A stretch of DNA of 45,470 bases from Parcubacteria bacterium C7867-002 (GTDB taxonomy: Bacteria > Patescibacteriota > Minisyncoccia > Phycocordibacterales > PALSA-1337), in contig LFCL01000020.1 of assembly GCA_001189105.1 (NCBI GenBank), positions 1 through 45,470 of the forward strand. Reading direction: 5' to 3'. A model generated the notes under the pieces. The model had not been told where the DNA came from, made no database searches, and was given only the letters and a program-made list of their open reading frames with translations. Below, in pieces: positions 37,523 through 45,060 of the stretch; positions within the stretch are counted from its first letter, which is position 1, and each line of letters opens with the position of its first letter. Both the position numbers and the translations under genes were made by a program.

Positions 37523-37589
37523 CTGATCGTGGATGATGGGAGCCATGTTGCTTGCCTCTTCTCCTTCTTTACCTCTATAATCACTTCAT

Positions 37590-38201
37590 ATGAACAAAAC
37601 CCACGCCAAATACGAACGAACTCTCGTCATTATCAAACCTGACGGTATACAGAGAAGTCTGATTGGTGAAGTGATCAAACGATATGAGCGTACAGGTCTC
37701 AAGTTGGTCGGCATCAAGATGGTGGTACCAACACAGGAGATGGTTGAGGCTCACTATACGCTCGATCCTGAATGGAAAAAGAAAACAGGGGAGAAGAACC
37801 TACAAGCATATCGAGACAAAGGTCTGACACCTCCTCATGATGATCCAATCAAGCAGTCAGATATGATCCTGATGAAGCTCAAGAAGTATTTTGCCTCTGG
37901 ACCAGTTATTGCTATGGTGTGGCAAGGAGCCCATGCGGTATCCATTGTGCGTAAAATTACCGGAGGAACAGAGCCGATGCTTTCTGATGTGGGAACAATT
38001 CGCGGTGATTATGTTATCGATTCATACAAAGTTGCTGATGATGATGTTCGTGCTATTCGCAACATTGTCCATGCTTCGGGAACCATCGCAGAGGCTAAGC
38101 TAGAGATTGATTACTGGTTCAAAAAAGAAGAACTCGTTGATTATCGCCTCCTGGTAGATGCTATGTTATACGACACTGATATTGATGATATTTTGGAGTA
38201 A
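37590..38201 (+). CDS. ndk: nucleoside diphosphate kinase
   Basis: ERTLVIIKPDG, GTIRGDY, NIVHASG. Confidence 0.95.
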   Translation: MNKTHAKYERTLVIIKPDGIQRSLIGEVIKRYERTGLKLVGIKMVVPTQEMVEAHYTLDPEWKKKTGEKNLQAYRDKGLTPPHDDPIKQSDMILMKLKKYFASGPVIAMVWQGAHAVSIVRKITGGTEPMLSDVGTIRGDYVIDSYKVADDDVRAIRNIVHASGTIAEAKLEIDYWFKKEELVDYRLLVDAMLYDTDIDDILE

Positions 38202-38268
38202 TCGGAGTAAATTAATACAAAACACTTTTGATTTTTAGACAAAAGAGTGTCGCAACAGTATTGTCCTC

Positions 38269-38296
38269 TTGCGATATTGGGGAGCGGAGTTACAAT
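38269..38296 (+). promoter_or_regulatory. sigma70 promoter for a candidate ncRNA
   Basis: TTGCGA-16bp-TACAAT. Confidence 0.5.
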
Positions 38297-38302
38297 GACT
38301 AC

Positions 38303-38440
38303 AGGTTGCAGGAGTAAAAACTACAAAACAATTTTTACGGGATTCCGGAGAACAGGTCATGCTGTTCAGATTCACCTGCATCATTGATGTTGGGTGCAAG
38401 GTCTCCCACCTGAGATAATCAGGTTATACTCCTGCAATCC
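38303..38440 (+). ncRNA. candidate multibranch structured ncRNA (~137 nt)
   Basis: 13-bp closing stem 38304-38316/38427-38439 enclosing hairpins 38350-38367, 38373-38396 and 38408-38424; promoter upstream, hairpin downstream. Confidence 0.55.
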
Positions 38441-38480
38441 TTAGAAAATGCCCCTCAACTACGTTCGGGGCATTTTCTAA
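38441..38480 (+). terminator. terminator-like or REP-like hairpin
   Basis: TTAGAAAATGCCCC-N12-GGGGCATTTTCTAA. Confidence 0.65.
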
Positions 38481-38509
38481 CCATCTGTTTACTGATAGAA
38501 TACATCCTC

Positions 38510-38887
38510 ATGCGAATATACTTCTTTGCCCTGATTGCCGCGCTTACAACCGTTTTTTCTCATTATCCAGGTTTGCGGGGATTGTACATGGAATACTGGT
38601 GGTACGATATTTTTATGCATATGCTCGGAGGTTTGGCGATTGGCTTTGCCTGGGCAGCATTGGCAACCCTTTTTGGACTGTCGAGTCGACGTATGTGGGC
38701 ATATATCATTTTTGGAACACTCGCAGTGGGTGTGGCCTGGGAACTTTTTGAAATGTATTTTCACTTAACAGGCTATCCAGTCGGTACTCCGCTGTATTAT
38801 AACGACACAGCACTCGATGTTATAAATGATATTATTGGCGGTGCAGTTGCTGCGTATATAGCCACTCGAAAGAATCGCCTTGGTTAG
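38510..38887 (+). CDS. membrane protein with conserved H/E/D residues (WYD..MH, WE..E, DT..D)
   Basis: Four hydrophobic segments; VanZ/DUF2238-like pattern. Confidence 0.75.
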   Translation: MRIYFFALIAALTTVFSHYPGLRGLYMEYWWYDIFMHMLGGLAIGFAWAALATLFGLSSRRMWAYIIFGTLAVGVAWELFEMYFHLTGYPVGTPLYYNDTALDVINDIIGGAVAAYIATRKNRLG

Positions 38888-38919
38888 GTATTTTGGTTCA
38901 TTCAGGATAAAATAGTCCT

Positions 38920-40209
38920 ATGAATTCTCCGGTCAAAGTCTCATTTCATTCGGGTGTTGGTTCGGTCACGGGAGCAAATTTTCTTTTAGAAACTCAAAAA
39001 GGCACACAAGTTCTGATCGACTGTGGTTTGATCCAGGGTGAGCGTGTAGCCATGCAGGAAAACCATCAGCCATTTGTCTATGATCGTACTTCTATTTCAG
39101 CGCTCATTATTACTCACGCACACCTCGATCACGTTGGCCGTATCCCGAAGCTGGTAAAAGAAGGGTATACCGGACCAATCTATTCAACTCCCGAAACACG
39201 CGAACTGGCGGAATTGGTTCTGACTGATGCGGTGAGTATCTTGGCGATGGAAGCGCGACAACAGAGTATTGATCCTCTGTATGAATTTAAAGATGCGGGA
39301 CATATTCTCGGATCTGCGATGGTTGAAGTTACAGTCAAAGGGGAGACTGATACCAAAGTACTGTTTACCGGTGATTTGGGTAATTCCCCAGCACCACTTC
39401 TGCGTGATTCTGAATCAGTTGGAGATGTTGATTATCTCGTGATCGAAAGTGTATATGGAGACCGCAACCATGAATCACGAGAACAACGTTCTGCGGTATT
39501 TAAAAAAGCAATTACTGATACGATTGCGCGTGGCGGAACGCTCGTCATTCCGGCCTTTTCTTTGGATCGTACCCAAGTCTTGTTATATGAATTAAACAAC
39601 TTGGTTGAACGAAAAGAGATCCCTTCGGTGCCGGTATATATTGATTCGCCCATGGCGACTAAGGCTACAGAGATATATCGTTCAGGTAAAGGTCTTTTTA
39701 ATGATGCGATTCAAGAGCAGATTGCACGAGGTGACGATATTTTCCATTTTCCTCGATTGCAGTACACGATTTCTCAAAATGAATCGCGTGACATCGATCA
39801 TATGAAGGGTGCCAAAATTATCCTGGCCGGATCAGGGATGTCTGTGGGGGGAAGAGTGCTGGCTCATGAAGAAAAATATTTACCACACGCAGAAAACACC
39901 ATCTTATTAGTAGGGTATCAATCTGTCGGTTCCTTTGGACGACGGTTGGCGGACGGTGCCAAGAATGTGAAACTTCATGGGCGTGAACTCGAGATCAAAG
40001 CAAAAGTCATGACATTGTATGGATATTCGGCTCATCGAGATAGTGATCATCTCCTGGAGACTGTTTCTACGGCAACCAAGCGTCTCAAGAAGGTGTTTGT
40101 GGTGATGGGGGAGCCAGGTGCCTCGATGCATTTTGCACAGCGTATCAATGATGAATTGGGAATCAAAGCGTTGATGCCAGAGAAGGATAAGGTATATGAA
40201 TTGAAGTAA
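38920..40209 (+). CDS. beta-CASP metallo-beta-lactamase (RNA-processing MBL) with apparent internal deletion
   Basis: THAHLDHVG, DAGHILGS, FTGDLG, ESVYG, YSAH. Confidence 0.92.
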   Translation: MNSPVKVSFHSGVGSVTGANFLLETQKGTQVLIDCGLIQGERVAMQENHQPFVYDRTSISALIITHAHLDHVGRIPKLVKEGYTGPIYSTPETRELAELVLTDAVSILAMEARQQSIDPLYEFKDAGHILGSAMVEVTVKGETDTKVLFTGDLGNSPAPLLRDSESVGDVDYLVIESVYGDRNHESREQRSAVFKKAITDTIARGGTLVIPAFSLDRTQVLLYELNNLVERKEIPSVPVYIDSPMATKATEIYRSGKGLFNDAIQEQIARGDDIFHFPRLQYTISQNESRDIDHMKGAKIILAGSGMSVGGRVLAHEEKYLPHAENTILLVGYQSVGSFGRRLADGAKNVKLHGRELEIKAKVMTLYGYSAHRDSDHLLETVSTATKRLKKVFVVMGEPGASMHFAQRINDELGIKALMPEKDKVYELK

Positions 40210-40239
40210 CAAAAAATCCCCGTTAATGGGGATTTTTTG
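40210..40239. terminator. bidirectional terminator
   Basis: CAAAAAATCCCC-GTTAAT-GGGGATTTTTTG. Confidence 0.85.
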
Positions 40240-40253
40240 AGAGAAAAGAAGCT

Positions 40254-40604
40254 TTATTTTACGGTAACTGAAGTTGCGAGTTTCTTGAACACCTCAGGTT
40301 TGAATTCTGCGAGGTGAGCGAGCATCTTGCGGTCGATCTCGATACCTTTCTTCTTTGCTTCACCAATCCATTTGCTATATGAAAAACCGAGAGGGCGGAG
40401 GGCGGCATTGATCTTTACGTTCCATAAGCGGCGGAAATCACCCTTCTTGTCGCGGCGGTGTGCAAAAGCGTATGCGCCAGCATGGGCAAGTGCGTCATTT
40501 GCTGCGCGTTCGGTCTTTGAACGGCGGAAACGAAAACCTTTTGCTCTCTTGAGTATAGAGCGACGGGACTTAAGTGCATTTACTCCTTTTTTGACTCGAA
40601 CCAT
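40254..40604 (-). CDS. rplT: 50S ribosomal protein L20
   Basis: RVKKG, HRRDKKGDFRRLW..KINAA, DRKMLAHLA. Confidence 0.97.
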   Translation of the reverse strand: MVRVKKGVNALKSRRSILKRAKGFRFRRSKTERAANDALAHAGAYAFAHRRDKKGDFRRLWNVKINAALRPLGFSYSKWIGEAKKKGIEIDRKMLAHLAEFKPEVFKKLATSVTVK

Positions 40605-40625
40605 GATAGTAAAGTTATATGTTAA

Positions 40626-40817
40626 TTATTGATTGGCTAAGAATCGACTACGGGCCTTGTTGTCCATCTTGATCTCGGTCATACGGCCTTTTGTAGAACG
40701 AGTACTACTGTTTTCTTTTGCATTGAAATGGTTTTGACCGGCCTTGCGCGCAAGAATCTTGCCACTTTTGGTGATCTTGAAACGCTTGAGATATGATTTG
40801 TTGGTTTTGATTGACAT
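40626..40817 (-). CDS. rpmI: 50S ribosomal protein L35
   Basis: KTNKSYLKRFKITKSGK, HFNAKE; between infC and rplT; ATG 40817. Confidence 0.95.
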   Translation of the reverse strand: MSIKTNKSYLKRFKITKSGKILARKAGQNHFNAKENSSTRSTKGRMTEIKMDNKARSRFLANQ

Positions 40818-40824
40818 GGTGGTA

Positions 40825-41331
40825 TTACTTCTTTTCGATGATGATGGTGACTCCTTTTGGTCCTTTGAGGGGAGCTTGGGCGATCTTGTACTCGACGGTG
40901 ATAAGTTTAAGGATTCTTTCGAGGCGTTCCTTGAGGAAATTGAATTCCATGTACTTTGAGCGTCCGGTAAGGAAGAGGTCGATTTTGACGCGATCTCCTG
41001 TTCCAAGCCATTCTGATACCTTTTTGGCTTTGAGTTCGAGATCGTGCTCGCCGGTACCGATCTTGACCTGGACGGTCTTGAGCTCGGTGACTTGCGCGCG
41101 GGTCTTGGCGGTCTTTACCTTCTTTTTTTCATCGTACTGGTACTTGCCATAATCCATAATCTTAGCGACCGGTGGTACTGCTGCGGGGGAGATCTCAATG
41201 AGATCGAATCCGCGTTCTTGTGCCGCCAAAAGCGCCTTGTCGAGAGCAAGAACACCAAGGTTTTCGCCTGCTTCCGTGATAACACGTAATTCGGGCGCCT
41301 TTATATGGTGATTGATGCGTACTTTGATCAA
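40825..41331 (-). CDS. infC: translation initiation factor IF-3 (non-ATG start)
   Basis: RINHHI...RVI, DLIEISP.A.PPVAKIMDYGKYQY, GDRVKI. Confidence 0.96.
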   Translation of the reverse strand: MIKVRINHHIKAPELRVITEAGENLGVLALDKALLAAQERGFDLIEISPAAVPPVAKIMDYGKYQYDEKKKVKTAKTRAQVTELKTVQVKIGTGEHDLELKAKKVSEWLGTGDRVKIDLFLTGRSKYMEFNFLKERLERILKLITVEYKIAQAPLKGPKGVTIIIEKK

Positions 41332-41434
41332 GGGATTACAGAGGCTTATTTATAGCATGGCATATGGGTTTATGCAAGGAATCTATTGGTTACGATCCTT
41401 TTTTAAAAGATAGGGTGGTGATACTATGATAAGC

Positions 41435-42178
41435 ATGAAAAACATCGAAAAATATGGCTATATATTTCTTTGTTCTGATGCAACTGAAAGTGAGTGTTTA
41501 GAAAGAAACCTATTAGGTGGTACCACATCGTATCGTAAGAGTGTGGTAGGTCTCCAGAAAGGGGATACGGTTTATCTATATAATTTTAATAGTAAACGGT
41601 TACACGGTCCTTTTATTGCAACAAGCGAAGTAGGTACATTTGTTCCAGAGGCATGGGATGGTGAGTATTCAACACAAGTCTCTTACGATAAAGATCATAC
41701 CTATTTGCCTATTTATCGAGATCAACTCATGTCTATTCTTAGATTTAATAAAAAAGGTTTTCCTATTGCTCGGATATCTTCCGTACAAATTGATCAATTA
41801 GAACAAGTATTTAAGTCGAAAAAACGTCATCACAATTACGATGATAGTGCTGCGCTTGTGACACAGGATGGTCACAAAGTCAGAAGTAAGGGAGAGCAAA
41901 AAATTGATGATTGGTTATTTGCTCATAGGATTAGTCATGGATATGAATATCCTATTCCTGAAACAAAAAGATCTGATTTCTATATCCCAATTGACGATAC
42001 TAATGGGATTTATATCGAATACGTTGGACTTAATAATTCTGAATATCTAAAAAACATGGACGTAAAGCGAGAGATATACAAGAGGCATAATTTGAAATTG
42101 ATAGAGATCTATCCCAAAGATCTGAAGAATCTTGATAATTTTTTACGTGAAAGAATAGCACTCTTTCTGGGTAGGTAA
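41435..42178 (+). CDS. DCD (PUA-like) domain fused to a PD-(D/E)XK-like nuclease
   Basis: N: GYIFLC...EC...LLG...GDTVYLYNF..KRLHGPF.A.S...PEAW; C: DGHKVRSKGE..IDDWL...YEY...SDFYIP...YIEY.G...Y...KREIY; ATG 41435 lies 7 nt after TGaTACTAT. Confidence 0.75.
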   Translation: MKNIEKYGYIFLCSDATESECLERNLLGGTTSYRKSVVGLQKGDTVYLYNFNSKRLHGPFIATSEVGTFVPEAWDGEYSTQVSYDKDHTYLPIYRDQLMSILRFNKKGFPIARISSVQIDQLEQVFKSKKRHHNYDDSAALVTQDGHKVRSKGEQKIDDWLFAHRISHGYEYPIPETKRSDFYIPIDDTNGIYIEYVGLNNSEYLKNMDVKREIYKRHNLKLIEIYPKDLKNLDNFLRERIALFLGR

Positions 42179-43264
42179 TTACAAAAACTTTCTCACTATT
42201 TTAATGAGTTGCTCCGGTATTTTTTCGATGAAGAAGCGGTTTTTCCATTCGGTGAGGGTGACTTCTGTGGCGGAGCCGATATCGGTGGAAAAGTGGGCAG
42301 CGATCTCCTCGGCGAATGTGCGGTTGGTAGTGACGATATTGGCTTCGTAGTTATAGAGCAGACTGACGCTGTCGAAGTTCATGGATCCGACGGCTGCCCA
42401 GTCACCATCAATAACTACGGTTTTACTGTGAACAAGATTGCCTTCATAGAGGAAAATATGGGCACCTGATTCGAGAAGGGTATTGAAATATGATCGTGCA
42501 CCAATATCGAGTGCGGGGTAATGATCTGATTTTTCAGGGAGGAGGATGCGCACATCGACACCGCGGTGTGCAGCAAGCTTGATGACGCGAAGTAAGCGGT
42601 GTGTGGGTACGAAATAGGGCGAAGTGATATAGATGTATTTTCGTGCATCACGGATGGCCGCAACGACGCTGCGATAGAGATGACGTTTGCGAGGGGAAGG
42701 AGAGTTGGTGATATAGGAAAATTCAGGATCGAGAGGTCCTTGGAAAGCAGGTAATGATTGTGTTCGTCCTTGGGCTCTCATCCACATGCGTTCGAATTCA
42801 TAGTGCATTTTGGCAACAACAGGACCTTCGAGACGAACGTTGGTGTCACGCCAGTTCTTCATGGCATCCTGAACACAGATGCTTCCGGTATATCCGATTT
42901 TATTATCTATAATCAGAGCGCGGCGATGATTACGGAGGAACCACGAACGGACACTGGGAACTTTGAAATAACTCGGGATGAGGGTTTTCCAAAAAAGTAA
43001 TTCAATGTTTTGAGTCTTGAGATCCTCGGCAATGCTCGAGCCCCAGAAAGAGAAACTGCCCGCGGCGTCCCAGAGGAAACGAACTTTGACTCCGGCTCGC
43101 GCACGTTCGGCACAGATATCGATGAGGCGTTGGCCAAATTCATCTTTTACAAAAATAAACTGTTCTAAATCGATTGTTTTCGTAGCTTTGGCACAATCGG
43201 CAAGCATCGCTTCCCAAGCTTCTTGATTTGAAGGATACAGTTTCCAGGAGGTTGAGGAGGGCAT
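42179..43264 (-). CDS. cls: cardiolipin synthase-like phospholipase D
   Basis: Two HKD-type motifs (RNHRRALIID, degenerate; VHSKTVVID...GSMNFD); ATG 43264. Confidence 0.88.
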   Translation of the reverse strand: MPSSTSWKLYPSNQEAWEAMLADCAKATKTIDLEQFIFVKDEFGQRLIDICAERARAGVKVRFLWDAAGSFSFWGSSIAEDLKTQNIELLFWKTLIPSYFKVPSVRSWFLRNHRRALIIDNKIGYTGSICVQDAMKNWRDTNVRLEGPVVAKMHYEFERMWMRAQGRTQSLPAFQGPLDPEFSYITNSPSPRKRHLYRSVVAAIRDARKYIYITSPYFVPTHRLLRVIKLAAHRGVDVRILLPEKSDHYPALDIGARSYFNTLLESGAHIFLYEGNLVHSKTVVIDGDWAAVGSMNFDSVSLLYNYEANIVTTNRTFAEEIAAHFSTDIGSATEVTLTEWKNRFFIEKIPEQLIKIVRKFL

Positions 43265-43324
43265 AGGAGTAGTATATAAGGAATATATAAATGCGCTAGC
43301 GGTGAAATGTGATAGGATATTTCC

Positions 43325-43771
43325 ATGACTACCCTGGTAGACAATAAAAAGGTTCACTTTAATTATGAAATCGGCGACACATTCGAAGCGGGTGTGGAGC
43401 TTCTTGGACATGAAGTAAAGTCACTCAAGAAGAATCAGGGCTCTCTTGACGGTTCATATATGATTGTACGTGGAGGTGAGGCGTATATGGTGAATACGTT
43501 TATTCCTCCATATCAGGAAAATAACACACCGGATGGGTATGATCCGCGTCGTAACCGTAAGCTTATTTTGAACAAAAAGGAGATCGCCGAGCTTGCTTCT
43601 ATCGAAGGGGATCGGGGTTTGACAATAGTGCCAATTTCGATATATAATAAAGGTAATCTCATCAAGGTCAAACTCGGAGTCGCTCGCGGCAAGAAGAAGT
43701 ATGACAAACGCGAGTCGATTCAAAAACGTGAGGTTGACCGAAATGTGAGAAGGGAGTTTAGGGATAGGTAG
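43325..43771 (+). CDS. smpB: SsrA-binding protein
   Basis: EAGVELLGHEVKSL, RNRKLIL, GKKKYDKRE. Confidence 0.98.
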   Translation: MTTLVDNKKVHFNYEIGDTFEAGVELLGHEVKSLKKNQGSLDGSYMIVRGGEAYMVNTFIPPYQENNTPDGYDPRRNRKLILNKKEIAELASIEGDRGLTIVPISIYNKGNLIKVKLGVARGKKKYDKRESIQKREVDRNVRREFRDR

Positions 43772-43777
43772 TTTTGT

Positions 43778-43921
43778 GTCATTCCTGCCCAGTAGGTGAT
43801 TGTACTCAATCACGAAGGCAGGAATCCAGGGTTAGAACTCGTAAGGAATCTGGTCGAAAATTTCTCGTGACTATGTCACTCGAAATCTTTCGATCCGAAT
43901 TCCCTTAGGAGGGGAATTCGG
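43778..43921. repeat. cluster of palindromic REP-like hairpins between smpB and ssrA
   Basis: ATTCCTGCC/GGCAGGAAT enclosing GTGATTG-TACT-CAATCAC; long imperfect hairpin about 43842-43907; CCGAATTCCCTT/AGGGGAATTCGG. Confidence 0.65.
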
Positions 43922-44285
43922 GGATGATCGGTATCGACAATTGCCGTCTCCCGTTCGTGCGGTGCGAGCGCTGCTATCTCGTAAATCTGGCAGAAACCAC
44001 AAATGCTAAAAACACCGTTTCTCCGTATTTCGGAGCCAAGGATTTTGCATTCGCACTCGCTTAAGTAGTGCGCGTTCGTCTAAGGGGATCCATACCTTAG
44101 TTGCGGATGTCATAACCCGGACGTAGGAATAGAGAACTTCTCACTCTGTATTCCGAAACCTAGAGATCGTGAATGTGTGTTTCGTAGACTTTTTCATCGC
44201 ATTCATTAAACATCAATTTCTACTATCACCGTAGAATCGTTCGGCGAGATTCAGTTGCACGTGGGTTCGATTCCCACCATCTCCA
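43920..44285 (+). ncRNA. ssrA: tmRNA
   Basis: GGGGATG...CATCTCC-A acceptor stem with G3.U; GGTATCGAC 5' motif; T-arm GTGGG-TTCGATT-CCCAC; tag ORF 44005-44064 AKNTVSPYFGAKDFAFALA*; directly after smpB. Confidence 0.95.
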
Positions 44286-44460
44286 CAAATAAAAAAGACC
44301 AGCCTTGCGCTGGGATTTTTTATTTGTGGAGATGAGCGAGCCAACTGCTTGGCTCGCGTCTGGGAATCGAAAAGGTTGAGCCTGTCGCGCGACCCGAAGG
44401 GGAGTACGACGCGAAACCTGTACTGAAGCTGTAGGCTTCAATTCCCACCATCTCCACAAA
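44266..44460. repeat. inverted and direct copies of the tmRNA 3' end
   Basis: IR 44278-44296/44316-44334 and 44266-44276/44361-44371; exact 20-bp DR 44270-44289 = 44441-44460. Confidence 0.85.
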
Positions 44461-44561
44461 ATTGACAGAATAGTATATTAGTGCTACTGTTTTTAGTAGC
44501 AGTTTTTGAGGTATTCCTGCCTAACCACAGGACGAAGGTGGAACGCCTTCTTTTGAAAAAT

Positions 44562-44816
44562 ATGGAAAAAGTTTCAATCGATAAGTGGCTACAAAAGATG
44601 TTGGCTGAATCAGAAAACAAGCCAATGTCTGCTGCGGTCTACAACTGCATGCGCGCTCTGCTTCATCAGGGTTTGCATATCCCTGAATGCGGGTTATCTG
44701 TTATCGCTGATGCTGCACGACAATTGTGCGAAGCTAAGCAAATAGTGGCAATTAATTGGCTGGGAGTTACAACCCTTTGCGCCAACATCGTTACTCTTTG
44801 CAATCAGAAGGATTGA
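44562..44816 (+). CDS. small hypothetical protein
   Basis: ORF downstream of TTGACA-17bp-TACTGT (44462-44490). Confidence 0.5.
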   Translation: MEKVSIDKWLQKMLAESENKPMSAAVYNCMRALLHQGLHIPECGLSVIADAARQLCEAKQIVAINWLGVTTLCANIVTLCNQKD

Positions 44817-45015
44817 TTTGGGCTCCCCACTTGAAGTTCTACTTCGGTGGGGCTTCTTGTTTATATATTCCACTCCCATTATGTGACCTCTTGCACACGA
44901 GATATAAGTCGTTTATTTACTCAAAAGGGAACTCCTCGTCCCCATAATCGCCTCAGACGCTTCAAAAACCCAAGGATATAGTTGGTTCCAACTTTGGCTC
45001 ACCAAGTCCACAAAT

Positions 45016-45043
45016 AAAAAAACCGGCATGAGGCCGGTTTTTT
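45016..45043. terminator. bidirectional terminator
   Basis: AAAAAAACCGGC-ATGAG-GCCGGTTTTTT. Confidence 0.8.
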
Positions 45044-45060
45044 CTTCACTATATTAGTTT

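Noticed and set aside
44226..44459. 77-aa ORF with repeated WRWWE
   Set aside because: Antisense translation of the tmRNA 3' end and its duplicate
44376..44460. Possible tRNA gene after ssrA
   Set aside because: Only the 3' strand is copied; no matching 5' acceptor strand or cloverleaf
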